Notes under the pieces: model-generated
Seen by the model: the letters and a program-made list of their open reading frames with translations, nothing else
What the model was told of the DNA's origin: nothing
The model's database searches: none
From: a virus
Length of the DNA: 47,790 bases
Virus record (IMG/VR): IMGVR_UViG_3300045988_092571
Span: 1-47,790 of that record
Direction: 5' to 3' (one strand)
Shown here: positions 27,052 through 36,698 of the stretch, one piece after another
Numbering within the stretch: the stretch's first letter is position 1
Layout: the number at the start of each line of letters is the position of its first letter
Translations under genes and position numbers: made by a program

Positions 27052-27306
27052 ATGCGTGAAATTCTAGAAAATAAAAAAGTTGTTAGTAATGAAGTTACAC
27101 CATCTAATAATGATAAACCTATTAATTTAGAAATTACAATACGTGAAGTTGATGACTTATTACAATTAACTGTAAGAGGAAAAGCAAATTTAACAGCAAT
27201 GCTTAAATTGTTTGAATTTGTTTCAGGTGCCTTAGTAGAACAGTATGGTGGCACCCCAGATAAGTTAAAAGAGTTAGTAGATTATATGTTTGATAAGGAG
27301 GATTAA
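27052..27306 (+). CDS. Hypothetical protein
   Basis: 84 aa. RBS GAGGAGGA. Tightly packed in the operon. Confidence 0.45.
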   Translation: MREILENKKVVSNEVTPSNNDKPINLEITIREVDDLLQLTVRGKANLTAMLKLFEFVSGALVEQYGGTPDKLKELVDYMFDKED

Positions 27307-27308
27307 TT

Positions 27309-27680
27309 ATGAATTTCGTATTATTTTCAGGTAATTTAGTAAGGGACTTAGAATTAAAACAGAGTGGTAATGGTAAAGATTACACTTATGGAACAATTGG
27401 AGTTTATCAAGGAAAGAATGAGAATGGAGAAAATAAACCATCTATCTTCTTTGACTTCACTTGTTTTGGAAATGATGCCAAAACATTAGTAGAAACGTCT
27501 AAAAAAGGTGATTTAGTTGTTATTTGTGGTCGTCTAGAAGAAGTTGAAACCACTTCTGATGACGGAAGAACTTTCGTACATAAACGTGTAATTTGTCAAA
27601 GTGCAAAAGCTTGTAAAAAATATGTTGCAACACCTCAAACAAATGAATACGACCCTAGTATCTGGGAAAGTGCTAAGTAG
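27309..27680 (+). CDS. ssb: Single-stranded DNA-binding protein
   Basis: MNFVLFSGNLVRDLELKQSGNGKDY...FFDFTCFGNDAKTL...KGDLVVICGRLE is the canonical SSB OB-fold pattern. Confidence 0.75.
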   Translation: MNFVLFSGNLVRDLELKQSGNGKDYTYGTIGVYQGKNENGENKPSIFFDFTCFGNDAKTLVETSKKGDLVVICGRLEEVETTSDDGRTFVHKRVICQSAKACKKYVATPQTNEYDPSIWESAK

Positions 27681-27685
27681 GACAA

Positions 27686-28366
27686 TTGACTATGTTTAAG
27701 AAAAATGAAATCAAAGACGTTTTCAAACGTGCTAAAAAACAACCAATTGATATTAGAGGATATGAATTTGTAGGATTTCATGAGGACTACAAAAACATCG
27801 CATATTATGTACAAAAGTTACAACATAACAATTACAATCTTTTAGAAGCAAAGCTGGACGTTCTAAACAAGAAGTTTGTTCTTACAGCAGGAACGTCAAT
27901 TAAAGTTTTAGATAGTTTTATGTATTATTATCTAAAACGAATTATGGAAAATCCAAGTTATTCAGACTCTGAAGAATTTAAAACATTTGTAAAAGATGCA
28001 GTAGAGGACTCATTTGCAACAGTTGATGAAGAGACTAGAAACAGTCTAACAGAACTTTATAACTGTAAAGTTCCTCAAGATGTAAAAATGCACGATGAAT
28101 ATAAAAAAGCAATAAAAGAAGGCTTTAAAGTTCTTTATTGCAGTAATGACGAGTCTGATAAAAAGAAGTTTGGAATTGTACACTTAACAATGTATAAAGA
28201 ACAAGAGATTGACGGTTTTCACATCAAACGTCATTACACAGTCTTTAGACCCCTTACTTATATGGTAAAACCAAGTTACCTGAAAAAAGAAGGTGTTGTT
28301 AAGTACAATGAAATGGCACTTCCAGATTTAGCTATATCACATGACATATTAAATAAAAAAGACTAA
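27686..28366 (+). CDS. Hypothetical protein
   Basis: 226 aa. No motif recognised. Confidence 0.45.
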   Translation: MTMFKKNEIKDVFKRAKKQPIDIRGYEFVGFHEDYKNIAYYVQKLQHNNYNLLEAKLDVLNKKFVLTAGTSIKVLDSFMYYYLKRIMENPSYSDSEEFKTFVKDAVEDSFATVDEETRNSLTELYNCKVPQDVKMHDEYKKAIKEGFKVLYCSNDESDKKKFGIVHLTMYKEQEIDGFHIKRHYTVFRPLTYMVKPSYLKKEGVVKYNEMALPDLAISHDILNKKD

Positions 28367-28368
28367 TT

Positions 28369-31224
28369 TTGGAGGTGGGTACTTTGGCATCATTACACTT
28401 TTTTGAAGATTATTTGAATGACTTATATGAGAAAAAGAAAGTTAAAACAAAGTACCCCGACAGTCATGGAAATGTACCATTCTGTTGTCCATTTCCACAT
28501 ACCAGAGAAGTCTTTAATCCTGAAACATGGGAAACTTCTACAGAAGAGTACTACGAGAAACAACCAAGTTGTAGCATTAATCTAGATATGAGAGTTTTCC
28601 ATTGTTTCACTTGTAATCGTACAATGAGTGAAATGGAATTTGCTAAAAATATAACAGGTAAAACAGAAGAGGAAATCACAAAAGAATTTCTTTCTAAAGA
28701 AGAACTTACATCAATCTCAGCAACATGGGAACATGAGCAACACAGAAGTCTGTTAGAGAATGAAGAAGTTTTACAAAAACTAAAAGATTTGACAATTTCT
28801 ATGGACGTTATAAAAGAATTAAAACTAGGATATATGACAAACAGACTTGCAACTCCTGTATTTAAAAGAGGCTACCTAGTAAATATTGCAAGATATGACA
28901 TCAATCATACGTCTCAAGTTAAAGTTCTTTATAACGAAAATGCAAATTCAGGTGATATTGTTCCATTTGACATCTGGGTAAAAGATGATAGAACTCCAAC
29001 AGTTATCTGTGAGGGAGAAAAAGATATGCTAGTCGCTAGGAGTCATGGTTTCAATGCTATTACACTTACAGGCGGCTCACAGTCAAACCTTTTAGAAGAG
29101 TATTTATCTTATTTTAAGCAAAGAACAGTATACATTTGTTACGATAATGATAACCCTGGTAGGACGGGTGCTTTAAAGTTGTATAAGTCTCTACAAAACA
29201 GTTGTAAAGACATATACATTGCAAATGTTGGATTAGTATGTCAAGAAAACAAAGAGGACGTAACAGACTTCTTTGTTAAGTACAAAAAAACAGCAGACGA
29301 TTTTACAACAGAGATTTTATCAAAAGCTACAAAACCTTCTAAAGAAGAATTAGAAGATGTAGAAGTTAAAAATGAATTGAAGATTACAAAGATTGACACA
29401 AACATAAGAAATAGTATTCTAAGAAGAAAGGTAAAATCTGTATTTCAAGTTGTTGCTACTTGTACGGAAACTTATGCAGTTCCTGAGTATGCAATATTTA
29501 AGACTAAATTTGAACTAAAAGGAGACTCTAAGACATGGTATTTAAGTCCTAAAAATGAGTCTTTCTTAGAGTTAATGGAAGGAAAGATTTCAAAGACAGA
29601 TTTACCTAACATATTAGCAAGACTTTGTGGTTTAGAAAAGAATTGGCAAAAACTATACACACTTGAATATGGAAAGCTAAAGACCATATATAAAGTGAGT
29701 GTAGTCGACCAGGTAAAAGATAACGATGAAAAGGCTTCAGAGCAGACAATTGATTTATACACTAGAGTCCCATTACAAATAGGAAATACGTACATGGTTA
29801 CATATCGTATTTTTCCACACCCTAGAAACGGTAGAAAATTAATTGCTATTGCAGATGATGTCTATGAAACAGATTACAGTTTCGATACGTCAAACAAAGA
29901 GTACACAAACAGTTTAGATAAGTTCAAAATAAATACAACAATAAAAGACAAGCTAAATGATTTGTATGAGAGTGCTCGTTATTATATAGCACCTTATCTA
30001 AATTATGATTTGTGGTTGATTATGGAACTTGTATTTAATTCTCCTCTAGACATAACATACAGAAATGAAATAAGAGGAGCTTTGGACATATTTATCTTAG
30101 GTGATACAAGAACAGGTAAATCTGAAACATCTAAGGCACTTGTTCACTTGTACGATTTTGGAGAAGTCATTCCTTTAAAAACAGCAACGGTCGCATCTAT
30201 TATTGGAGGTACTGATGACAAGCTAAAAAAGACAAAGTTAGGTGTTCTTCCGAAACATCACAAAGAATTAGCAGTTCTAGAAGAGTTTAGTGGGGCACCA
30301 ACAGAATTCATAAAGACACTTACAGAAATACGTTCCAGTAATATGGTTAAGATTTACAGAGTTGCTGGGGATATACAAGCACCTTGTAAACTACGTATGA
30401 TAACCATATCCAATCCTATTTCGGATAATGGCAATATTATGACGTTATCATCTTATCCTAGTGGTGTTGAACCTATTAATGAACTAATTAAATCTCCTGA
30501 AGATATTGCTCGATATGATTTATTTACATTAGTTCCTTCTGTTGAAAACTTAACCAACCCATTTAATACAGAAATAGATACATCAAAAAAGTTGGAAAAA
30601 ACAGACTATGAACATAAGAGTAGATGGATAAGGTCTTTAACGTCAAAGAATGTTGTCATATCTAACGAATTAGGAACTTATATATTTCAAGAAGCTATAA
30701 AGCTAAATGAATTATTTGAATGCAGTTTTACAGTCTTTGGAAGTGAAACAGATAAAAAGATTGCAAGACTTGCTTCGGCTTTGGCTTGTATGCTTGTATC
30801 AACAGTAGATTATGAACACGTTATCGTAACTAGAGAACACGTAGACTTTGTTGTCAATTTACTAAAAAGAAATTATGACAACAGCTTCTTTAGATTAAAA
30901 GAAATCGCTCAAGAAGAGAAGTCTTACAAGAAAGTAGTTACAAACGATACAGAGACATTACAGAAGTTATATCCTAAAAATGTTACATTTATCGACTTTC
31001 TTGCAAATTCATCTAAAGTCAGTAGAAATGAATTAATGACTGTATCAGGACTAAACAAAGATGAGTTCTCTAAGATATTTAATATACTTACCGCAAGGAA
31101 GTTCGTTAAGTTAACAAAAGACCAGGTAGTGCCAACAATCAAATTTAGAAATACATACAAATTATTAGACAAGTCTTTCAATATGAATGATGCCGTCTAC
31201 GATGATAACGAAAGTGTATTTTAG
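28369..31224 (+). CDS. Primase-helicase fusion: Zn-finger + Toprim (DnaG-type) primase N-half, MCM-like AAA+ helicase C-half
   Basis: CCPFPH...CFTCN. Toprim CEGEKDML ... YDNDNPGRTGA. AAA+ half: Walker A ILGDTRTGKSE, Walker B LAVLEEFSG, sensor-1-like MITISNP, SRFD-like arginine finger IARYDLF. The true start is probably TTG 28384, after GGAGGTG. Confidence 0.75.
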   Translation: MEVGTLASLHFFEDYLNDLYEKKKVKTKYPDSHGNVPFCCPFPHTREVFNPETWETSTEEYYEKQPSCSINLDMRVFHCFTCNRTMSEMEFAKNITGKTEEEITKEFLSKEELTSISATWEHEQHRSLLENEEVLQKLKDLTISMDVIKELKLGYMTNRLATPVFKRGYLVNIARYDINHTSQVKVLYNENANSGDIVPFDIWVKDDRTPTVICEGEKDMLVARSHGFNAITLTGGSQSNLLEEYLSYFKQRTVYICYDNDNPGRTGALKLYKSLQNSCKDIYIANVGLVCQENKEDVTDFFVKYKKTADDFTTEILSKATKPSKEELEDVEVKNELKITKIDTNIRNSILRRKVKSVFQVVATCTETYAVPEYAIFKTKFELKGDSKTWYLSPKNESFLELMEGKISKTDLPNILARLCGLEKNWQKLYTLEYGKLKTIYKVSVVDQVKDNDEKASEQTIDLYTRVPLQIGNTYMVTYRIFPHPRNGRKLIAIADDVYETDYSFDTSNKEYTNSLDKFKINTTIKDKLNDLYESARYYIAPYLNYDLWLIMELVFNSPLDITYRNEIRGALDIFILGDTRTGKSETSKALVHLYDFGEVIPLKTATVASIIGGTDDKLKKTKLGVLPKHHKELAVLEEFSGAPTEFIKTLTEIRSSNMVKIYRVAGDIQAPCKLRMITISNPISDNGNIMTLSSYPSGVEPINELIKSPEDIARYDLFTLVPSVENLTNPFNTEIDTSKKLEKTDYEHKSRWIRSLTSKNVVISNELGTYIFQEAIKLNELFECSFTVFGSETDKKIARLASALACMLVSTVDYEHVIVTREHVDFVVNLLKRNYDNSFFRLKEIAQEEKSYKKVVTNDTETLQKLYPKNVTFIDFLANSSKVSRNELMTVSGLNKDEFSKIFNILTARKFVKLTKDQVVPTIKFRNTYKLLDKSFNMNDAVYDDNESVF

Positions 31225-31238
31225 AGAGGAGGTTATAC

Positions 31239-32141
31239 ATGAGTGCAAAAGAAAATGCAAGACTTAATGAGTTAAGACTTGTTATCAATCTTGTTGATGT
31301 TGATAAAAAATTAGATGGTTTAGCTTTTAAGAATTATGTTTCATTATTATGTTGTTTAGCTCTTGCAATTGGAAGAGAGCTTAACAATCACTTATACGAA
31401 ATCATCAAAACGGCTTTGTCAACAAATTACTTAGGAGCAAGTGATAAAGAAATCATAGCAACTTGTAAAACCTTTTTTAAACCTACAGTTGCTGCTAAAA
31501 AATTAGGTTACACTTATCCATACTACACCACAAAATATGCTGATTTGCTGTCTAGAGACTACATAAAGGAAGAGTGGCTCGATGATTTGAAACCACTTTT
31601 CCCTGATGATGTAGACCTCATAAAGTTTGTGAATAGCTTCATAGAAGGTTTCAACTTTCCTGTAGGAATACGAAACAGTTCTATTGAGAATGACCTTAGA
31701 ACGTACGAACTTGAGTTTTGGATTATCTATACTAAATTAAATAGTATCTTTCAAAACGACGTGTTCTTACATAATTTCATAAAGGTTGTTTGTAATACAT
31801 TTGGTATCGACTATGACACTATAAACTATTTGGAAAGTAATATCTATCGCATCTCAAGAAGTTATCCTGTATTGAAGTACAACAAACAATATTTTCTACA
31901 AGAATTGATTAATATGTGCTATGCAAAGGGAATTAAAAGAGGAACAATAGGAAAAGACATTTTAGGACAAGACACACATTACTTGTACAATAATAAGAGA
32001 GCAGTTACTGAGAATATCTTAGGAACAGAGGTATTCGATTGTATCTATGTTCCAACACTTACATGGAATTCCTTAGATAAAATATCCGTAAATCGCTTCA
32101 TTTCAATCTTTTATGATTTTGTTGAAAATGGAAATAACTAA
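31239..32141 (+). CDS. Hypothetical replication-module protein
   Basis: 300 aa, between the primase-helicase and the polymerase. RBS GAGGAGG. Confidence 0.45.
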   Translation: MSAKENARLNELRLVINLVDVDKKLDGLAFKNYVSLLCCLALAIGRELNNHLYEIIKTALSTNYLGASDKEIIATCKTFFKPTVAAKKLGYTYPYYTTKYADLLSRDYIKEEWLDDLKPLFPDDVDLIKFVNSFIEGFNFPVGIRNSSIENDLRTYELEFWIIYTKLNSIFQNDVFLHNFIKVVCNTFGIDYDTINYLESNIYRISRSYPVLKYNKQYFLQELINMCYAKGIKRGTIGKDILGQDTHYLYNNKRAVTENILGTEVFDCIYVPTLTWNSLDKISVNRFISIFYDFVENGNN

Positions 32142-34374
32142 AGAGTTTTTATATAAAAAGTTTGGCTATAAAACATTAGAACTAAAGACAATGAAAGACA
32201 TAGAAGAAATGGAGTGGGATTTTGTTACAAGTAATGTTCCCTACTTTGCATACGATACAGAAACTACAGGTTTGAACTTTATGACAGATGTTCCTTTCCT
32301 AGTTATATTTGGATTTGCTAAGAACATATATTACTGGGAAGCTGATTTTAAAGAAGCAACGCAAGCCATGTATAGGATTGTAGAAAGTACAGATAAAATG
32401 CTTTTTGCTCACAATGCTAAATACGATTATCACATGATGTACAACAAAGGCACTCCTATTCCTGATGACATAGAATTATCAGACAGTATCACACTTATGA
32501 GATTGATTAGTCCTGCTGATGATGAACACGCAAGTATGAGACTAGAAAAAATGGGAGAAAAGTATGTTGACCCTGATGCTAAATTTGCTAGTGATATCAT
32601 CAAAGATAAACTAGAAGAAATAAAGAGAGAACGTAAGAAAGAAGTCTGTGACAATTACAAACTTATAACGGGCAATAAAAAATATAATGAAGCATGGAAT
32701 ACTTTTCATAACAGGGTTAGATTTATCACAAAGTATCATGAATGTTTTGATGATTATAAAGAGCCTACATATTATGATGTCTTTAAAAGAGATAGAAAGT
32801 TAGTTATAGACTATGCTATTGATGACGTTGTGATTATCTTAGAATTTCTTAAAAAATCTGGTACAATCTATGCTAAGAAGTACAGAACAAAGAACGGTAT
32901 AGATACGAGAACATGGAAACGTGAGAATAGATTACTTCGTGGTATTGCTACTATGGAAAGAAATGGTTTCAAAGTGGACGTCGACTATCTAATTAGTTCT
33001 CATTACAAGATAGAAAAATTTCAGGAATTACTCTATGAAAAGTTACATAAACTAACAGGAGAAGATTGGAATGTAGGACAACATCAAAAGATAAAAGACT
33101 TCTTCCTAAACAAGTATCATATTTTATTAGAAAAAAGTGATAAAAAAGCTATGCAGGATTTAACACACAATGAAAATGAAACTGTTTCTGAAATAGCTAG
33201 ATTGATATTAAAACTAAGAACAGTATCTAAATGGTTATCGACTTACATTGACGGTGTTCTTAATAAAATCATAAAAGTAAATGGAGAGTGGAAGCTGTAC
33301 ACTTCAATTAATAACAATGGAGCAGTTAGTGGACGTGTCAGTTCAGACTTACAACAAATGCCTAAATATGGTATCAATCAGACGGATGATGAGGACAATC
33401 TTTTATTAGACAAGTCATTAACAGATGACGACGGAAACGAGCTATTTCACCCTAGACGTTTCATTATTCCTAGTACAGGATATAAGTTATATTATTTGGA
33501 TTATAGTCAGATGGAACTGAGAATACAGGCTTTTTACACAATATTAGTGGGACATTTAGACTATCACTTATGTAAATCTTATATGCCTTATGACTGTGTT
33601 AATTCAGTTACAGGAGAGACATTTAACTATAAAAATCCTGAACATATAAAGCATTGGGGAGACCTAAGAGAAGGACACCCTGACCCTCACACTGTAAAAG
33701 ATGGTATGGAAGGATTGTTTAAAGATGGTTGGTCTGTTTGGATAGATAATGAAACAGGCAAGCCATGGGTACCTACAGATTTGCATACAAAAACGACATT
33801 GACAGCCTTTCCTGAATTTACAGACAAGACAGACACGAAAGAATTTAAAAAGAAATGGAGATACTTAGGGAAGCAAACTAATTTTTCCAAAAATTATGGC
33901 TGTGGAGCACGTAAGTTAGCAGACCAATTAAATGTACCATTTGACATAGCTAAGAAGTTATCAGACGGTTATAATCAGTCATATCCAGGTGTAATAAAGT
34001 ATCAACAAGCTGTTCAAAACCAACTAGCACTTGTAGGTTATGTTGAAAATCTATATGGTCGACGTTATTACCTAGAAAACTCATCGAACTACTATAAAGC
34101 TAATAATTATCTAATACAAGGAACTGGAGCAGATATGCTAAAAGAAATAGAAATAAAAATCTGTGATTATCTAAAGGATAAAAAGTCACGGTTTATATTA
34201 CCTATTCACGACGAAGTGTGTATTGAGGTTCCACCTGAAGAAGAGGACACAGTACCTATTACCATAAAACGTATGATGGAAGATGTAAGTGATGTAATAC
34301 CTTATGTGCCTGTTGTTAGTGATGTAGAATGTACGTCAACAACATGGGCTGACAAAAAAGACGTTTATTTGTAA
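32113..34374 (+). CDS. Family A DNA polymerase with 3'-5' exonuclease domain
   Basis: Exo I AYDTETTGL. Exo II AHNAKYDYHMM. Motif A LDYSQMELRI. Motif B RYLGKQTNFSKNYGCG. Motif C LPIHDEVCIE. An alternative start is ATG 32128. Confidence 0.9.
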   Translation: MILLKMEITKEFLYKKFGYKTLELKTMKDIEEMEWDFVTSNVPYFAYDTETTGLNFMTDVPFLVIFGFAKNIYYWEADFKEATQAMYRIVESTDKMLFAHNAKYDYHMMYNKGTPIPDDIELSDSITLMRLISPADDEHASMRLEKMGEKYVDPDAKFASDIIKDKLEEIKRERKKEVCDNYKLITGNKKYNEAWNTFHNRVRFITKYHECFDDYKEPTYYDVFKRDRKLVIDYAIDDVVIILEFLKKSGTIYAKKYRTKNGIDTRTWKRENRLLRGIATMERNGFKVDVDYLISSHYKIEKFQELLYEKLHKLTGEDWNVGQHQKIKDFFLNKYHILLEKSDKKAMQDLTHNENETVSEIARLILKLRTVSKWLSTYIDGVLNKIIKVNGEWKLYTSINNNGAVSGRVSSDLQQMPKYGINQTDDEDNLLLDKSLTDDDGNELFHPRRFIIPSTGYKLYYLDYSQMELRIQAFYTILVGHLDYHLCKSYMPYDCVNSVTGETFNYKNPEHIKHWGDLREGHPDPHTVKDGMEGLFKDGWSVWIDNETGKPWVPTDLHTKTTLTAFPEFTDKTDTKEFKKKWRYLGKQTNFSKNYGCGARKLADQLNVPFDIAKKLSDGYNQSYPGVIKYQQAVQNQLALVGYVENLYGRRYYLENSSNYYKANNYLIQGTGADMLKEIEIKICDYLKDKKSRFILPIHDEVCIEVPPEEEDTVPITIKRMMEDVSDVIPYVPVVSDVECTSTTWADKKDVYL

Positions 34375-34385
34375 AGGAGGTTTAT

Positions 34386-34616
34386 ATGAAAAGATACATA
34401 AAAAAAGTCATTCCTATAGTATATGATTTCTATGTTGATTTTGAAAGTAAAAACGGATACTGTCCTTCTTACCGTGTAACTAAAGAAGAAACAGGTATTT
34501 GTTTAGACTACATTAGTAAGTCAATTAATTGGCTTGCAGATAATGGATACATTTCTGTAATGAGTAAAGGTATTTATAAAGTCAACAAAGATAAAGTTTT
34601 CAAAGGAGTTGATTAG
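34386..34616 (+). CDS. Small winged-helix-like protein (hypothetical)
   Basis: 76 aa. ...ETGICLDYISKSINWLADNGYISV resembles a wHTH recognition helix plus wing. Confidence 0.35.
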   Translation: MKRYIKKVIPIVYDFYVDFESKNGYCPSYRVTKEETGICLDYISKSINWLADNGYISVMSKGIYKVNKDKVFKGVD

Positions 34617-34896
34617 CATGCTTATTGGTGTTGTAACAATGCTATTTCTTTTAACTGTAATGTCGTTTATTTTTGCAGAGGACTCCTATTACAGATGGGT
34701 TTCAATCATTTTCTTCATAATTGGTTTAATTTGTTTGTTTGGTGTGGTTGTTGGTTGGTATGATTTATATGCAGAAAGCCAAACAACAATTAAAGAACTA
34801 ACTGAAGAACTTTCTAAGAAAAACTCAGAAATAGATGGTCTCTATGATGAATTAGAATACTATAAAGGAGATAATTATGAAAAATATAAAAGTTGA
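34609..34896 (+). CDS. Hypothetical two-TM membrane protein
   Basis: Hydrophobic segments LIGVVTMLFLLTVMSFIFA and IIFFIIGLICLFGVVVGW, then a coiled coil. Confidence 0.45.
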   Translation: MISMLIGVVTMLFLLTVMSFIFAEDSYYRWVSIIFFIIGLICLFGVVVGWYDLYAESQTTIKELTEELSKKNSEIDGLYDELEYYKGDNYEKYKS

Positions 34897-35080
34897 AAGA
34901 TTTAAAGATACTATGTGGATAAGTGATGAAATAAATGCGTTTTTAGAAGAAAACGATGCAGAATATGTAGACATGAAATATATTGGTGAACTTGGTGTAC
35001 TTCTAGTTTATCGAGAAAAAGAAAATAAACTTGAAAGAAAACCTTATGAAAAATATCCAGAAAATAAAAAGGAGGATTAA
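34877..35080 (+). CDS. Hypothetical protein
   Basis: 67 aa, overlapping-coupled. Confidence 0.35.
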   Translation: MKNIKVERFKDTMWISDEINAFLEENDAEYVDMKYIGELGVLLVYREKENKLERKPYEKYPENKKED

Positions 35081-35083
35081 TTA

Positions 35084-35794
35084 ATGACGAAATATATCGC
35101 TAGTGTGAGTTTTGGTAAAGATAGTTTAGCGATGTTACTATTAATACTAGAGAAAAATAAACCATTAGATGAAGTTATTTTTTATGATACTGGTATGGAG
35201 TTTCAAGCGATTTATAATATCAGAGATAAAGTTGTTGAATTGTTAAAAGAAAAAGGTATTAAATATACAGAATTAAAACCTAAACTTCCTTTTGAATACG
35301 TTATGTTTGAAAAACCAGTAAAACATAGAAACGGTACAATTAGTAAAGGTTATTCATGGTGTGGAGGTAGATGTCGTTGGGGTACAACAGAAAAAAATAC
35401 TATAATTAAAAAATACTTAAAAGAAAATTATAACGATGATTATAAAGAATATATAGGTATTGCTTATGATGAACCTAATAGAATAAAAGATGATAATAAA
35501 AAGATATATTTACTTTATGATTTAAAATATACAGAAAAAGATTGTTTGAGATATTGTTATTCTAAAGGTTACTCGTGGGAAGAAGATGGTATAGATTTGT
35601 ATAGTGTTTTAGATAGAGTATCTTGTTGGTGTTGTGCTAATAAAAATTTAAAAGAATTAAGAGCATATTATAAATATTTACCTACGTATTGGAATAAGTT
35701 AAAAGAATTGCAAAGTAAAACAGAAAGACCTTTTAGAAACAATAAAGAAAGTATCTTTGATTTAGAAGAAAGATTTAAGAAAGAGGAGGATTAA
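35084..35794 (+). CDS. PAPS-reductase / PP-loop ATPase family protein
   Basis: PP-loop SFGKDSLAML. C-terminal Cys cluster (CGGRCRWG, CWCC). Confidence 0.7.
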   Translation: MTKYIASVSFGKDSLAMLLLILEKNKPLDEVIFYDTGMEFQAIYNIRDKVVELLKEKGIKYTELKPKLPFEYVMFEKPVKHRNGTISKGYSWCGGRCRWGTTEKNTIIKKYLKENYNDDYKEYIGIAYDEPNRIKDDNKKIYLLYDLKYTEKDCLRYCYSKGYSWEEDGIDLYSVLDRVSCWCCANKNLKELRAYYKYLPTYWNKLKELQSKTERPFRNNKESIFDLEERFKKEED

Positions 35795-35798
35795 TAAA

Positions 35799-35912
35799 AT
35801 GAAAGAAAATTTACTTAAAATAATTAATCATTATGGTTTATCGCCACAATTAAAGTACTTTCAAAGTGAAGTTTTTGAACTTAAATCAGTATGCTTACTT
35901 GTTTGTAAATGA
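35799..35912 (+). pseudogene. 5' remnant of a MazG-like gene (37 codons)
   Basis: My translation MKENLLKIINHYGLSPQLKYFQSEVFELK-SVCLLVCK* aligns with residues SSNLIKVSEYFGSEKQLLKLVEELDELK of the intact MazG-like CDS at 38548. It lacks the EExADV metal-binding helix. Confidence 0.55.
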
Positions 35913-36168
35913 AGGTATAGAATATATTGGGATAGACAGCGGAACTTGTATTCCTACAAATTATGGTTTAATGCAACCTATTATAACCGATAAGATAAAG
36001 TTTATACCGTTACCTTATGAACAAGTTCGGCATTATTTTGTAAATGATGTCATCATAAGTTGTTTATGCGTTGATTATTTAGTACCGATAAGGGCTGTAA
36101 AAGCCAAACGATTGATAATTAATGACCTGGATAAAGATGGTAAACCTATTGCAAAAGAGGTGGAATAA
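35866..36168 (+). CDS. Hypothetical protein (uncertain start)
   Basis: 100-aa ORF with GTG start and no clear RBS. Confidence 0.3.
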   Translation: MKFLNLNQYAYLFVNEGIEYIGIDSGTCIPTNYGLMQPIITDKIKFIPLPYEQVRHYFVNDVIISCLCVDYLVPIRAVKAKRLIINDLDKDGKPIAKEVE

Positions 36169-36453
36169 ATGACTCAAGAAGAATTTATATCTGAATTTTA
36201 TTCTCGTGATAATGAAGAAGAAGCATTAAAGAGATTGTATAGTAAGTTGTGTTGCTTAAAAGAAGAAAACCAAGAACTACAGAAACAACTTGAATCTAAA
36301 GAAACTCAACAAAAAGAGTTTATAACATATTTAGAAGAGCCTATAAGAATAATAACAGATGGAAACCCCACCAATATATCAGAATATACAAGTGCTAAAT
36401 TAGACACATTAGAAGAAATCTTATCAAAATATAAAGAAATAATAGGAGAATAA
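36169..36453 (+). CDS. Small coiled-coil protein, paralog family member 1
   Basis: EENQELQKQL core and C-terminal LDTLEEILSKYKEIIGE. Confidence 0.5.
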   Translation: MTQEEFISEFYSRDNEEEALKRLYSKLCCLKEENQELQKQLESKETQQKEFITYLEEPIRIITDGNPTNISEYTSAKLDTLEEILSKYKEIIGE

Positions 36454-36454
36454 T

Positions 36455-36688
36455 ATGCCAAAGTATAATTATGAACAAATATGTTCTGAACTGGTTGATT
36501 TGTTGATTGATATGTGTTTTGAAAAAGAAGATGGTATGAATTTATATGGAAGTAAAGACAGTTGGTGTGAAATATTCTGTAGAAAGTTGTTGCAATATGG
36601 CTATATAGAAAAAGATAAAAATGGTTTTTATATATTTACTGGAAAAGGTAGAACTCTAAAAGGAAAAGGAGTTGTTAAAAATGAATAG
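36455..36688 (+). CDS. Hypothetical protein
   Basis: 77 aa. Its last codons lie in the 22-bp repeat flanking the methyltransferase. Confidence 0.45.
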   Translation: MPKYNYEQICSELVDLLIDMCFEKEDGMNLYGSKDSWCEIFCRKLLQYGYIEKDKNGFYIFTGKGRTLKGKGVVKNE

Positions 36689-36698
36689 TATGTCAAAA
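36677..36698 (+). repeat. 22-bp direct repeat, left copy (AAAAATGAATAGTATGTCAAAA)
   Basis: Identical to 37369..37390. Contains the methyltransferase start region. Confidence 0.9.

Noticed and set aside
35866-36168. Possibility that this ORF is the frameshifted continuation of the MazG-like remnant (programmed or sequencing frameshift)
   Set aside because: The +1-frame product shows none of the EExxE/EExxD MazG helices and no resemblance to the intact paralog at 38548. The remnant interpretation is simpler, although a read-level check of the junction is still advisable.
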